Shown here: piece after piece, positions 12,918-25,571 of the stretch | Numbering within the stretch: the stretch's first letter is position 1 | How the letters are laid out: every line of letters starts with the position of its first letter | Assembly (NCBI GenBank): GCA_002633005.1 | Contig: NMRA01000002.1 | Span: 2,649,877 to 2,713,876, forward strand | Origin: Phoronis australis | Taxonomy: Eukaryota; Animalia; Phoronida | Direction of reading: 5' to 3' | DNA length: 64,000 nt | Program-made: the position numbers and the translations under genes | Notes under the pieces: generated by a model | The model's database searches: none | The model's input: the letters and a program-made list of their open reading frames with translations, nothing else | What the model was told of the DNA's origin: nothing

Positions 12918-14352
12918 TCAGGTGTCTCAAAAAGGTGAGTCACTTTTTCACAAGTTTTCATATTTCTTACAGATAAACCTTAGGATTTTATCAATAAATG
13001 TGCAAAATATCGAAGAGAACTGTCCAATTGCGCCAGTATTGTATAAATTTTAATTTTACGATACAAAAAACATCAGGTCAAAAAAATAAAATATCAAGGG
13101 GAAGCTCGCTTATTTCAGTCTACGTTCAATGTGGCCTCCATCTTCCTCCACGACAAAACGGAGCCGTTTCTTCCAACCAGAAATGCTCTTTCATATTTCT
13201 TCCATCGAAATTATATCCCATGACATAATTATCTTGTCTTTTAACTCATGCTCAGTCAATTTCTCGCTCATTCCCCAGTAAACTTTCTCCTTCAGAGAGT
13301 CCCAAATGGATTGCAGTAAGGACTGAGCGGAGGTGACTCATTCCTTTAGATGAATTTTGCTCCTCCATATATGAGCCTGGGTTATCTTGCTCGTGTGTGA
13401 AGCAGCCTCGTCTTGCTGAAACATATAATTGCTTCCAGGATAGTCATCCAATAGCTGCATGTAGCGTTGACTGTAAATTTGGCTCTATCAGTGTCAATAA
13501 AATGAATATTTGTTTTTCCTTCTTACAATACTCCAGCGGAAACCATTACTTTTTTGAAAAATCTGGAAGTCTCATGATAGAGTCGAGGAGACTGAATTTC
13601 TCGTTTTTTTTTCCCATAAACACAATTGTTTTGGCGATTTTTAGCGATTTCTAGCCTAAAGTCTTTTTCATCAGTGAAAAATTTCATCAGTGAAAATGAT
13701 TCTTTTCGCATAAATGGCTGAGTAGGGGTCATGCTGGTATTGGCATCGATTTTTTTCTTTCCTTCTAACATTTCGATCTTTCTGTGATACCTACATTCTT
13801 TTGAAGGGGCTTTAGCTCCAGTTTTTGTCATTCTTTGCACAGAAGACTTGCGCACTTGTAAAGCGCCTGCGACTTCTCTCGGAGATTTGTGATTCCCCGG
13901 GTTGTTTTGATGGGATTGAATCTGTTCCTCAACACGATCCTCGTTTTCTTTCGAACACGCGGTCTTGTGTCTCACACTTTTACGTGCAACAGACCCTGTG
14001 TTGCGTATTTTAGCAATAAGCCTATTTATAGCGGCACGACTCCACCGTTTTCCAGGGAACGTCCATGCGATTCTTCTTCCGCCTCACCGTTTCTTCTTGA
14101 AACAGTTTCCAATAGTAAATTCATCACTTAATCTTAAAAGCGTCCATACCAACCGGAATATTGGACAGAACTGAATTGGATACAGATCTGACAATAAAAA
14201 GCAAATATCATAGTACTTCCATAATTTTTAAAATTACTTTAGACAAGTTGATGACTCCCTGAAGATTCGTTGTGAAAATGTTGAACGAATTCGGTTGGCA
14301 AATTGCTAAGAAATTAGCTGTCAAAAAGTGGCTCACTTTTTGGAACACCTGA
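12918..14352 (-). mobile_element. Degenerate Tc1/mariner (maT/DD37D-like) transposon
   Basis: TIRs TCAGGTGTCTCAAAAAGGTGAGTCACTTTTT / AAAAAGTGGCTCACTTTTTGGAACACCTGA flanked by TA; minus-strand ORF 13523-13975 has an HTH-like segment (SPREVAGALQVRKSSVQRM) plus FFTDEKDF, NRQN and VMVSAG; frameshifted. Confidence 0.85.
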
Positions 14353-14411
14353 TAGATTCGTCTTGTGTTTACCGCATATCCAACTGGTACAACGTAAAGT
14401 CAGTTTATCAA

Positions 14412-14560
14412 GGCTGGGTTGCATAAAACTTCAAAATTATCCGCTGGATAAGTTTTACTGTTGCGTGACGTCAGGTGCATTGTTCAACAATAACAACGTG
14501 GCGCGTGATAATGCTACATCATTGTTGCTATACGGCGTATAACTTTTATGCAACTGGGCC
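14412..14560. mobile_element. MITE with GTTGCATAAAA / TTTTATGCAAC inverted ends
   Basis: Inverted termini and a second copy at 12313-12444. Confidence 0.65.
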
Positions 14561-16169
14561 CAGATTTATAAGTATGAGCATTATTGCCGCTGAGTAACTT
14601 GAATATCAGTTAAAGATATTTTTATATAAAGATATTTTTATATAAGGATATAGATGGACAACAACGACAAAATTGTTTCAGCTACTGATACTACTAACTG
14701 CAATGATAGCTAAGTCAGTAATAATTTTGAAATTGCTTCAGATTCAAAGCGCTTCACGTGGAGTCGGACCGTATCCGGCCAACTTCGCCCGAATGGTGTT
14801 TGTGTGGATGACGGGAGATTGGTCAGACGGTAAAAGGAGGCTTGATTAGCATTGAACCCGAGTGGTGGCAGCACCAAAGGGTTACAAAGGAATCTGAAAG
14901 TGACTGTCTATAAGTAGGCATAGATGTCTAGACTTAGACCTACGTAAGCTATATAACAACGAGAGAGGTTCCAAAATGTAGTGCGCTGTGAATGCTCTAA
15001 AATCGACCAAGAAACAAAACAGCCGTAATTTGAGATTTTTTATCCTGCTATTTTGGCTTAATTGCTAGAATAGAACGGTCAAGTTCAGGGATTTTTAAAT
15101 TTTGAATTGAAAATGATCATCAAATATGCAAATATGTTATTCATCCAGTGTCCACTCTGATTGCAGATTGGTGGATTGGCATGCATGCCTGTACACGAGT
15201 GTGCGTTTCCGGTCTTTTACAGTTAGCTGACTGTAAGTTCACTATAGGCTAAAAAAACAGACATTCAACTAACGTGTTTTCTTGCACTGAGAAAACCCTG
15301 TCGAGAATTTTTACTTTATTAGGGATAAGAAGGCCTAGACCTCAGCTTTGGTCAATGAAGGAATTCTTCTCTTGTCAATCAGTGTTCATGGTGCACAGCC
15401 TCGCAGACTTCATACGAGCAACAAACGTGATGGAAAAGATTTCAAACGTTACATGTTGAATGCCGAATGTCCACTACTCCGAAGGCTCACTATGACTCCC
15501 AAAGTAAGCTACCTTTGAAAATTCACCACGTCGAATTTTCCAGTTCCAAAACCAGAACTCCGACAGTTCACTACTCTGATTGTCTGCTCACAACTCGTTC
15601 TCAAGCACGCGGGGACAGCATCTGGGGCCTGGGTCCATGGTTGGCGCGCACCGTAGGGGGCTGGGAGGGCTATAGCCTCCACTTATTTAATTGCTGCAAC
15701 GCGCATGGGGTCAGGGTTGCGGCGACCAACGACGGTTTTCAATTAAATTAAGAAGACTGAATGGGACTCCCTGACTTGGTGAAGACTGGCAGGGATAGGG
15801 TGGCCCGGCTCCGACATTTAGTTTCGTTCAGGCCATACGCGAGGTTTTTTGTGTGAGTTTGAGCTGCAGCGGCCCTAAACTTTTCAGTCGTGCTGCGATG
15901 CGATCTTGACATGGATTTGATGAATGTATCGTGGTTCATAATTCATCAATATTCCTACTTCATTCATTCTTTTAAAATGCAAATGTGTACTCAGTTTTTC
16001 GTGTTAAACAGTACACACCATGGATTTTTGCACATTTCGAATTACCGGTGGCCATAGACTAAATGTATGACGTAAAATTTAGCCAAATCCATGATTATTT
16101 TGTGTCATTAGCTCAAAATTTTGATTTCTCTTTCAATTTTGACAATTTTCACATTTCCCGCCATGTGAC

Positions 16170-16790
16170 ATCATGGGTTGAACACAAGAGATCAGCGACT
16201 AGCATTGAACAACAGCGGAGAGTAGGGAATTTGAAAGCGACAACGATTATGAGCAAGAAATGAACAAATACTACGAAGAAACGTACGAGAATGGTGGCCA
16301 GGATGACGAAATGGGGTTGCACGAAAGCGAGAACGAGTTTGATATGTTTTCAGCTGCGTACTTTTCTATTTTGAGGCCTTACGAACTGGATCCTCCAGCG
16401 AGAGAAGTGGCCTCGGCCTTGGCCAGTCAACCCAGTCATCCAACAGACGATCCTGAATAAAGAGCCGTAACATCTCCTCTGATTGGAGTCGAAACACGAC
16501 TCCTCAAACTGGGCAGAACAGAGTGGCTCCGAACAGAATCGCTTGGTCCACGCTGAGGTCCCACACTCGTTCGGCGCACGAAGCGCGATGCCACTACTGC
16601 GCAACTTTGGCGTCCTTCGGAACACCGAGACGTTCTCCGTCTAACTGCTGTTGCTGCAGCCTCCACAAACACATCTTTTCATCCCTCTACGAACCTTCTC
16701 GACGCTAAATATACTTTACTTTCACTTCACTCTATACACTTAGTTGCTGATCCGAACAGTGTGTCGAACGACTTGGGTTCAACCCATGAC
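16170..16790 (-). mobile_element. Second THAP-bearing transposon remnant (Kolobok-like)
   Basis: Minus strand ~16690-16490 gives RCVCGGCSNS...PKDAK...W...FVRRT...LCSAQFEESCF across stops and frameshifts; inverted segments CATGGGTTGAACACAAG / CTTGGGTTCAACCCATG; true ends uncertain. Confidence 0.55.
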
Positions 16791-16958
16791 GTTGTACATA
16801 ATTATTATTTTTTTCAATTTTTACGTGTTTCTTTATGGGCTGTGCACTAAAGGCACTGAAATCAAGTAAGGTATAATAAGAAAATTGGAGGTACTAGAGT
16901 CATGTTGCGTACACTTTAAGACACGCGGGCAATTTCGCACGCACATTGAAAATGAATC

Positions 16959-17015
16959 TAGACAGTGACCACCGTCTCTAGTTGTACTCGGCAGCTAGAC
17001 GGTGGTCACCGTCTA
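16959..17015. mobile_element. Miniature hairpin sharing TAGACAGTGAC termini with the foldback family
   Basis: TAGACAGTGACCACCGTCT ... AGACGGTGGTCACCGTCTA. Confidence 0.55.
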
Positions 17016-17716
17016 GTATGAAATCCAAACAAAGCGTTTTTGTACCTGTGTGTTGTTTTCTATATAGGTGAATCTAATAACCAAATTATCGTTTATTTTT
17101 GCGTGTAAAAGTATAAAAATTACACGAGTCTAAAAGTTTGATATTTTCGGAGCACTGAACCTTCGGAGAAGAGAATCTTCGTAGTAGTGAGTCTTCGGAA
17201 TAGTGAAACTTAAACCTTCGAAATAGTGGGTTGTTCCCATTTCCAGCGATGTAAAAAAAAACTTTAGTAACCCACAAGAATACAACGAGATAAACAATTT
17301 CGAAAAGTGATTCTCCGACTAAACTTCATATTTCCCGCGTCCGAGCATGTAATGAAGTGTAATCACTCATTTAAGCATGTCTGATTTGAAATTTTGGCAG
17401 GGGCTTACGAGACAATGTTCTCTTGCTGGACCACATTACATCCGAATTTGTGTCCCGGTGTTCTTTTCTAGCAACCGCCACAGCATCGTCATTTATGGTA
17501 TTACAATTAAGTTCCGTCTCATCTCAGAAACCGGATGGGAAAGTCGTGTTTAGTGTCTGTCACTAGGTCAAACCGGGTTTGGTATCCTTTTTAAAGTACG
17601 AGGCGAATTAAGTTGGTAACAACGTGTTCAGTACATCCAGATTGGCCGTACGAAGAAACTCTCCCTCTCTCTCAACACCTGTGTTCTTTCTTGTGCTTAA
17701 ACTGACATGCACTCAC

Positions 17717-17905
17717 CTTTTTAAACTTGTCTACAACCGTGGCCAGGACTACACCGACGCCACATATTGCAAATAACAACGACGCAACTGTCACCATCTC
17801 GTACGAAGAAGTTTCCTCTTCTCCAAAAGCATCAGTCTGGTTGTTTTCATAACCGATAGCATCGTTGGTCAAGTTGTTCAGTACACTGTACTTCGTAAAA
17901 ATCAT
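17717..17905 (-). CDS. Candidate first coding exon of an unknown single-pass membrane protein
   Basis: Acceptor ttccag just upstream of 17922, in-frame upstream stop, ATG at 17905, strong donor AAG|GTGAGT; peptide has an N-L-T sequon, an acidic stretch, a hydrophobic segment (MVTVASLLFAICGVGVVLATVV) and then DKFKK. Confidence 0.4.
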
Positions 17906-19044
17906 CGTTTGGCTTCGTTATCCTGGAATTGAAAGATAATCTTGACAGTCGGACTATGGCCGGGTTCTGCAATGTGCTTCGGCTTTTTGCCTATCTCACA
18001 TACACTACTAAGTTGACTTTTCACGCCAGATTTTCGAGTCAACAGTACACATCGCTTGCGTCGGCGGTCATTTTCACGGCCAGTGTAGTTACTTATTAGT
18101 TGCTGATGTCTCAGGCTCGATTTAGATAATGTTGAGTGGAAGTCTCTGTTAAGAATCGGCGATTTATAATAAATTCACAAAAACACACCATTCGTTTACT
18201 GCTTTATGGCCTAGCTCTGTTCAAAATTAGTAACCTCAAGAATTCAAACCTATCCAAAATATCACCAAATTGCGTTTTTTCCGGCCATAACCGATTGCTG
18301 TTTGCATCTTGTTTTATGAAGTTTTCAATGAAAAGAGTGGAAAGTGTATCTTTAAAATACGTTCTCGTATGTCGAAAGGCAACATAGGTTTCGGTAGTAC
18401 ACGGTGGACAACATGTAATCCTTATTACAACTCGTCTTTTTAAAATAATGAAAAAAAATTGTTTGATACTGGCAGTTTATTATATTTTGTCACTATTTTT
18501 AACACAAAAATCTCGCTTTTGAGTAAAAAAGCAACTTGGAGTTTTGGCGAGGGTATACAATACAAAAGCCGTCTCATCTTGTTCCTTCCTCAGGGTTCAA
18601 GAACTGGGTCAGTATTAGCTTCAGAACGGCTCATCTTTAGTGGCTTGTCACAGCGGCAGTTTCAGTCTCAAAAGGCCTCATTATTATAAGTTGTTAACTT
18701 TTACCCGCGGATCTATAACACAACAAAATCCGTTGCGTTTCTCTGATTTCATCCTATGAAATAGCTGATCTACGTTTGTAAACATGAGGGCGCCGGACTA
18801 TCACAGGCCTATGACTAGTGCACCTTAGTTGCTTGCACATCGCCCTGTTTAGCTGGCTAAAAAGCGGAAATCGGAGGCCTTTTCCTCTCATATCGGCCTC
18901 GTCATAACAGTCCTTACTGTGACAAGAAATGTTACTCCGGAAACTATCAGTGACTGAACGAGACTTTACTTCTTGCGTTGAGCCCGCGAAGTCAAAAACG
19001 GCGCCGTGTATGCCTACGCAGGCATTTCTCGAGTAACTTCTGCT

Positions 19045-20119
19045 GGTGCAGCATTAAAAATGACCCCAGGTCAGTTTCTTTCACGGGGTCTACATTTAAT
19101 GTCATTTTCAACCTAAGTAAAAATGACCTCACGTCAGCGTGTGAAAACTTGTTCGGTCATCCTTCAACGGTTCCCTCGCAACAGGGGGTTGGGACTAGGA
19201 TGAGATCGTCAACGGGGAGCAAGGATCAGAGCCTTTGTCGACCGGGAAAGGGGTCGTCAAAATGAGATGTCGAGAAGGGAGGGTGAGGCAACTAGCCTTT
19301 GTCGACAGGGGGCAGTGGGTGCCACGGAGGTGTCAACCGGGAGATGTGCCAAGGAGCTGGGTCTGAACAAGGGAAGTCAATGGGCCTTCGTCCATCGAGA
19401 ATGCCCCAAGAAAATTCTCTTGAGACCGTGACAACGCCGTAGCCTTGGATGAGTTGCATCCGTGAGAGGGAGTAACCGCGTGTGTGAGTCACAAGAGTTT
19501 TATGCCAGTGAGTGGCGCACGCGGCCAGGGAAATCTACATGACTTGCTTATTCAGTATATGCAATTAAGAAGAGAAAGTAACGGCGTGCAGGTCAGGAAT
19601 ACCATGATGTGTGGGAGCTGGGATGGTCTGTTCACGAGCAAAGAATGTTACTGTCGTGACAATGAGAAGCGAAAACTGGTCATCGGACCTGCTGCCTCAG
19701 TTCGATCGGAAAAATTTGAAACCGTGACAGGGTCAAGCGTGCGCGGAGAAGAACTTTAATTTTTTGGCTGAGCAGCGCGCGGCATATCTGATTAAAGAAG
19801 TGGCGGAAGGGAAATGAACGGTTTGAAATAATGTGTGGGGAGTGAGGCTGATCTTTTTGCAAGTAAATAATTACATGAGTGAAGAATTTTTGTACGCTGG
19901 CAATTCCGAGCGATGCACGGGAAAGGAAGTCTGTGTTCTTTGCTTTTTAACCTTAAAACCGGTCATTTCTTTATAAGTGAAAAATGACCCCTTGGGAGTA
20001 ATGTTTTCACCATAGTTCACATTAAATTTAGACTCCATTAAAAATCGACCTGATCATTTTCAATAGTGAAAATTACCCATGAGTCATTTTCTCATGGGAT
20101 CATTATTTAATACTACACC
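19045..20119. mobile_element. Unclassified non-autonomous DNA transposon with AAAATGACC subterminal repeats
   Basis: Imperfect TIRs GGTGCAGCATTAAAAATGACCCC / GGGATCATTATTTAATACTACACC plus a longer inverted block inside. Confidence 0.5.
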
Positions 20120-20870
20120 CGCTCATCAAGATTAGATGAGTGAGCAGTAACCCTCGTCCAAAGAATTAATGGTCTATGGTTAAGACGTATCAAGTAAACA
20201 ACGCGAGCGGCGAAGGCTCGGACAATCATCGGTTGAGATTTAGCTCAGTCCCTGACAGAGCACTTCATATCGGCGTCAGTCTCGCTAGCCAATGTTAGGG
20301 AACGTGACCGCCAAAATTGCTCCACTGCAATGTTGTGAACTAGAAAGTTCACCCACGTACTACCTGTACCTACACCACACGTACTTGTTCTGGGGTGCCC
20401 CGCGTGGTTAGGTACTCAACTATAAATATAGTTGAGTACACGCTATAGATAGATGATATTTTAATACAAAAAGATATGTCATGCCGGCGGATCCAGGGTG
20501 TCAGGAAGGTCCGGAGTACCCGGCCTTAGTTTTCCCTTGATTTTAATGATATCAAATGTAGAATTTTCAAATTGTTGACTTGAAATATAGACTTTCTAGT
20601 TGTTGGCGTCGTATTATACTGACCAAGGGAATTGCATAATCAGTTTCGGACCCGCGGGGACACCGGCTGTTGGCCACTTAGTACTGAAACCGGGCCGTGG
20701 ACTGCGGCTGTCAGATATCCTGTTACTGTGGGCACTCTTGCTCGGCTATTTAGGTAGGCCTATTCAATGTATTGCCGTAATCAAAGGGTCCTAGTCCGGC
20801 CGCCATCCTCAGCTTGCACTCTACGCCATAGGCCTACAGCGGCTGTACCGCAGCCGGACTAGCCATGCAG

Positions 20871-21100
20871 CAGTGGCGGANNNNNNNNNNNNNNNNNNNN
20901 NNNNNNNNNNNNNNNNNNNNNNNNNNNNNNNNNNNNNNNNNNNNNNNNNNNNNNNNNNNNNNNNNNNNNNNNNNNNNNNNNNNNNNNNNNNNNNNNNNNN
21001 NNNNNNNNNNNNNNNNNNNNNNNNNNNNNNNNNNNNNNNNNNNNNNNNNNNNNNNNNNNNNNNNNNNNNNNNNNNNNNNNCCCCCCCCCGTAGATCCGCC
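20871..21100. other. 200-N assembly gap inside a CAGTGGCGGA-ended MITE
   Basis: N at 20881-21080, flanked by CAGTGGCGGA and TCCGCCACTG, with TGCAG repeated on both flanks. Confidence 0.85.
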
Positions 21101-21578
21101 ACTGTGCAGTAGTGCCATGTGAGATCACTGAAAAGTTCCAACTATAAACTAGGCTTGGTGAAGTTGTGTGGATATTAAAGTGACAAGCTTACCCATCGAC
21201 ATATTACTCCACATTCCTTATCATTCTCACTCCGAATGGAGGTAGAGGTCGCTGCCTTGCCGTGTTACAAAAAGTGAGACGCCAAGTTCGATGCAGCCGA
21301 TGCGTCTAAAAATTTCAACAAGTGAAACTACCTAAATATCAATGAAAATACAAATATATTTACAAAAATAAGGATAACAGGAATGAAGACCGCGACTAAT
21401 TTCATGCTACCGCGTGTCGATAATGCAACATCGTCACGATTACGTGACATCATACAGTGTTTGAAAAAAATGCATCAATCATTGAAGTCTCGTCAGTCAG
21501 CCGCAGAGAGTCTCAGAGCGCTGCGCTTTCGAAATGCTCATACTCGCGGTGGCAGCACGACCTGTAAACCATTGAATG

Positions 21579-21689
21579 TGACGTCATGAGTACAACAATT
21601 TTTATTGGTCGTCGTTGATCAGCTGACCGACACACCTCCACGCTTGAGGTCATACAGTTGGCTTCAGCTGAGGGCTAGCGGCGTATAAA
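21579..21689 (+). promoter_or_regulatory. Putative GDH proximal promoter: CRE, reverse CCAAT, AGGTCA half-site, TATA
   Basis: TGACGTCA 21579-21586, ATTGG 21604-21608, TGAGGTCA near 21645, TATAAA 21684-21689, about 75 nt before the ATG. Confidence 0.55.
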
Positions 21690-21759
21690 GGGTCGTCATC
21701 GTGAACGATTTTTCGGTTATAGCTACGAAATATCCTAGTTTCAGACCTCAGATTAGACC

Positions 21760-22183
21760 ATGTTGCGCTCCGTAGCAACAGGCCTTGCTAGAAGCTATGT
21801 TAAGTCGCTCCCCCTTTCAAGCAACCAAGTAAATTTTCTCAGGAAATGTCTGCCGTCCGTTGGCAGTTTCCACCAATATTGTTCGGCAGCAGAAACTCAT
21901 GACGAAGGTGGAGACGGCGACGATCCAAACTTTTATTTAATGGTGGAGAAGTTCTTCGATAGAGCCGCAGAACTCGTCGAAGATAAACTTATCGAAGATG
22001 TTAAAGTTCGGAACATGAGCACTGAAGAAAAACGAAAGAAAGTTCGAGGTATCCTACAAATCATCAAACCGTGTAATCACGTCCTGGCGTTGTCTTTCCC
22101 ACTCAAGCGTGACAATGGTGAATACGAAATGATTGAGGGGTACAGGGCTCAACACAGCCAGCACAGAACTCCTTGTAAAGGCG
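21760..22183 (+). CDS. GLUD1: Glutamate dehydrogenase, mitochondrial, exon 1 (transit peptide + N-terminus)
   Basis: Arg/Ser-rich presequence, then [16 protein letters not shown]...[16 protein letters not shown]; donor G|GTATGT; 424 nt, phase 1. Confidence 0.96.
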
Positions 22184-22324
22184 GTATGTATGATGCATGA
22201 CTCCAACTGTTTGTAGGAATTTGCCATTCAGCACAAATAGGGCCTACTTCAAGTTTTGATTGACTTCACATTTCAAGTTCCGACTTCAGCATGTTCAATT
22301 ATTTAAAGACGAGTTCAGCAAAAC

Positions 22325-22815
22325 CACAGGCGTCCTCAGCTTCTGATCGTCCCCAAGTAGTATTATATGTAGTGTATTGAGGACGATCAGGGCCCGGTCT
22401 CCAATCTTTTACTCGAAATGGAACTCGAAATGAGGTTTGGCATTTTCTCAGTACTCTACTTTTGGGCCAACTCAAGATAAGTGTCTATTATTCTATGCTC
22501 GAGTACACAATAACTTACGTAGATAATTTATTGCCCTTAGTTCACAGTTTGTAAACCCAATATTAAAGCAATAAGTTCGAGTTTGAACTCGAAATTTCGA
22601 GTTTTTACTCGAGTTTGTAGCATGAATATAAGGGTCTTCAACGGCAAACTTGAACTAGAAACTCCAATGCATAAACTATAATGTAATCGAGCACAGTCTG
22701 ATAACCAATTATCTTAAGTTCACACAAAAGGAGCAGAGAAATTGCCAAAAATAGTTTCGAGTTCGTTTCGAGTACAAAGATTAGAGACCGGGCACAGAAG
22801 CTGAGGACGCCTGTG
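22325..22815. mobile_element. Nested MITEs: ~400-bp element (22391-22794, CAG duplication) inserted in a small hairpin element
   Basis: Outer arms CACAGGCGTCCTCAGCTTCTGATCGTCC / GGACGATCAG...AAGCTGAGGACGCCTGTG; inner TIRs GGCCCGGTCTC / GAGACCGGGC. Confidence 0.75.
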
Positions 22816-22823
22816 AGCAAAAC

Positions 22824-23406
22824 TAGACAATGACGACTGTCTCTAGTCAGCTGGTGTAGCTCCTGTAGGAGCTTCATACTCTGGAAGCTTTTCAGTGAAT
22901 TATGCCTCACACTGACTAAAACATTAAAGTCATGTTGTTATAAATACCTTTTTCGCATAGAGGGACACCTTAGGAAACTGTCGATGGATTTAATTCTTTC
23001 CAACTCGAAGAAATATTCCTATTATCAAATTTTTTCTTTGAGCAGTCCCTCGTTGAGCTCCCAAAATCGGAAACTCCCCATTTTTAACACTGCACACGGC
23101 GGGTGGTATGTCCTCTGGTGTGCGCAATGTAAATAATGGCCAGTTGCCGATTTTGGGAACTGAACGAGGGCTACTCGAAGAAATAGTTTGATAATTGGAG
23201 TATTCCTTTGAGTTGGAAGGAATTAGATACATTGATGGTCTCCTAAGGTGTCCCTCTATGCACTAAAGGTATGTGTAACAACGTGACTGCTGTTTTAGTC
23301 AGTGTGAGGCATAATTCACTGAAAAGCTTCCGACGTATAAAGCTCCTGTACTATGCTATAGGAGCTACCCTGTCTCTAGCCAGTTAAAGACAGTAGTCAC
23401 TGTCTA
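22824..23406. mobile_element. Foldback element with TAGAC...GTCTA termini, copy 1
   Basis: Nearly the whole element is an imperfect palindrome; homologs at 58110-58644 and 59682-60990. Confidence 0.8.
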
Positions 23407-25370
23407 CGGTAGTTCAACAGCAATTCTATGAAGTCAATCATTCATTCAGTTCAGTGTGATTAAGTTTTCTTTCTCTCGCATCAAGATTGTGGATTCGTAG
23501 CATGTTAAATTGTAAAATTCCCTGCAGGTGTTTAAATCGAAATTCTTTTGAAAAGCAATTTTTGTAGTTAGTCTAAACATGTACATGGGTTTAACTCTTG
23601 AACGCCAATTAAATTTAAAATTTTCAACACAATTTCCTGCCTCAAGACTCGGGCTATTTTTAATGTAAAGTTATTTTTTACCTTACTAATTTTGTTCGCA
23701 AATTGTCAATAGCTGTTCCAATAATTTAGGATGAGTTGTGATTTTTACCTTATTTCACAAGAGTTCTGCACTACTACTATACATATTCTAAACAAAACAT
23801 AAATTCACTAAACAGTAAGAGTTGGACACATGGGTCCCTGATTTAAAATTGATTTGGGAACAGTTCCTAACAAAGTTAATCAGTGGGAGCATATGGTGGG
23901 AGTATCTATTTCTCAAATCAGGAACCCGCCTATCCGACTATAGCCCTTTAAACGCATGTGCTTTGTAACAATGCTTCTGGTGGCTGGGGTGATATGATGC
24001 CTAGGATAGTCCTCGAAAGAATGGAAATTACCAGGGGGTTGTTTGAGACTTAGAATGTCAAAGTTGCACTCACGAGACTAGTGTGAGTTGGCTTAACATC
24101 TCCAAAATTTCAAGTCACGATTATGACCTTCAGCTAGTTATAACCAACCCAGTTTAATATAAGCAGCTATAATATATGACATTTACTAGATTTACCTTTC
24201 AAAGTCAATAAACAAAAACATAGATGTGTTGATCTACTTGGCTAGACCAGTGAGTTACTGACATAAGTGATGATGTCATCAGAGGAAGGATTTATGCTTC
24301 TGATGTCACAAAAACAAGCTTGTCATTCATCACTTAGGGGTCATAGTCAGGTCAGACTACACTGTTGAGGAGACCTTTGCCTGTAGATCAGCTGTTTATA
24401 GTGGTCCATTTCTGTTTGTTAGAAGTTCCAGTTGGTCCAACTGACAATTTGTTTACTACACTGAATGTCTGATAGCTCCTTTATAATTGAATGTATGTAT
24501 CTCAGTAGCCAGCAGTAATCTTTTGACCCCAAATTTAAACTTCCTATTCTTGGAAACTGGTGTCAACAGTTTCTGAATGATGCTAACAGGGTGTGTTTTC
24601 TTATTGAATTTTTCTTTGGTGGTTAGTGTCAAGTTAAATGACCAAATCAACATTAGAAGTTTTGAATTGTTCTGTGGGAGTCCTGACCTCAGAAATCTTA
24701 AGTACTAGTAGTGGCACTCACAAATTAGGAATTGATTAAAACTAGCATTCAGAATGGCTGCACTTGATTTATTTCGTCAGTTCCGCTGGGTAAACCAGCA
24801 AAGCATCTGATTGGTCTGTAAGCCAAGTGTCATCTTCCAGAACGAATCAGATGTCTTAGGTGGTTGACGCGGCAACACCAGCTAAGTCTATCAAGTGGGG
24901 CCACAGAAGCTGATAATTATGGTTTTATGTATTTAAGTGAGCTTTTGACCAGTGACTAGCGACATCTATTGATAGTTCACGTAACATTTTTCATTCAAAG
25001 AAGATCTTATAGGTGCCTTAAAGACTGGCGGCTTTGCATTTTTCTGTAAATTCTCATCAGTTTATCATGCAGACATAGAGTGTGGCAGACGAGTGAAATT
25101 TTATTCCATCACTTTTTTTTCTTATATGTTAAGTGGCACTGAAATATTTGTTTTTCCGCTGTCATGTACCCATACCACTAGATATTATTTGAAAAAATTC
25201 TGACCACATTCAAGACAAATTTAGATTCCACTGAAAAATGAAAAAACCAGCAGTTATTTTTGTTGGAAATTGGTGAGATTTTACATGGAATTCCAGAATA
25301 TCAATAGAGATTATGGTGTTTGTGAAGTATAAAGATTTTCTGTTATGTCCAGCTCGTGTTCTCGTTTCAG

Positions 25371-25571
25371 GAATCCGTTACAGCCTCGACGTCAACATCG
25401 ATGAGGTGAAGGCCCTGGCCTCACTCATGACATACAAATGTGCCGTGGTGGATGTGCCGTTTGGGGGTGCCAAGGCAGGACTCTGCATCGACCCCCACAG
25501 GTACTCGGAGAACGAAATGGAGAAGATCACTAGGAGGTTTGCAGTGGAGCTGGCCAAGAAAGGCTTCATTG
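25371..25571 (+). CDS. GLUD1: Glutamate dehydrogenase exon 2
   Basis: tttcag|GA ATC CGT...; GIRYSLDV...[17 protein letters not shown]...LAKKGFI; catalytic Lys motif; donor G|GTAAGT. Confidence 0.97.

Noticed and set aside
20821-21141. ORFs spanning the gap
   Set aside because: Artefacts of the N run.
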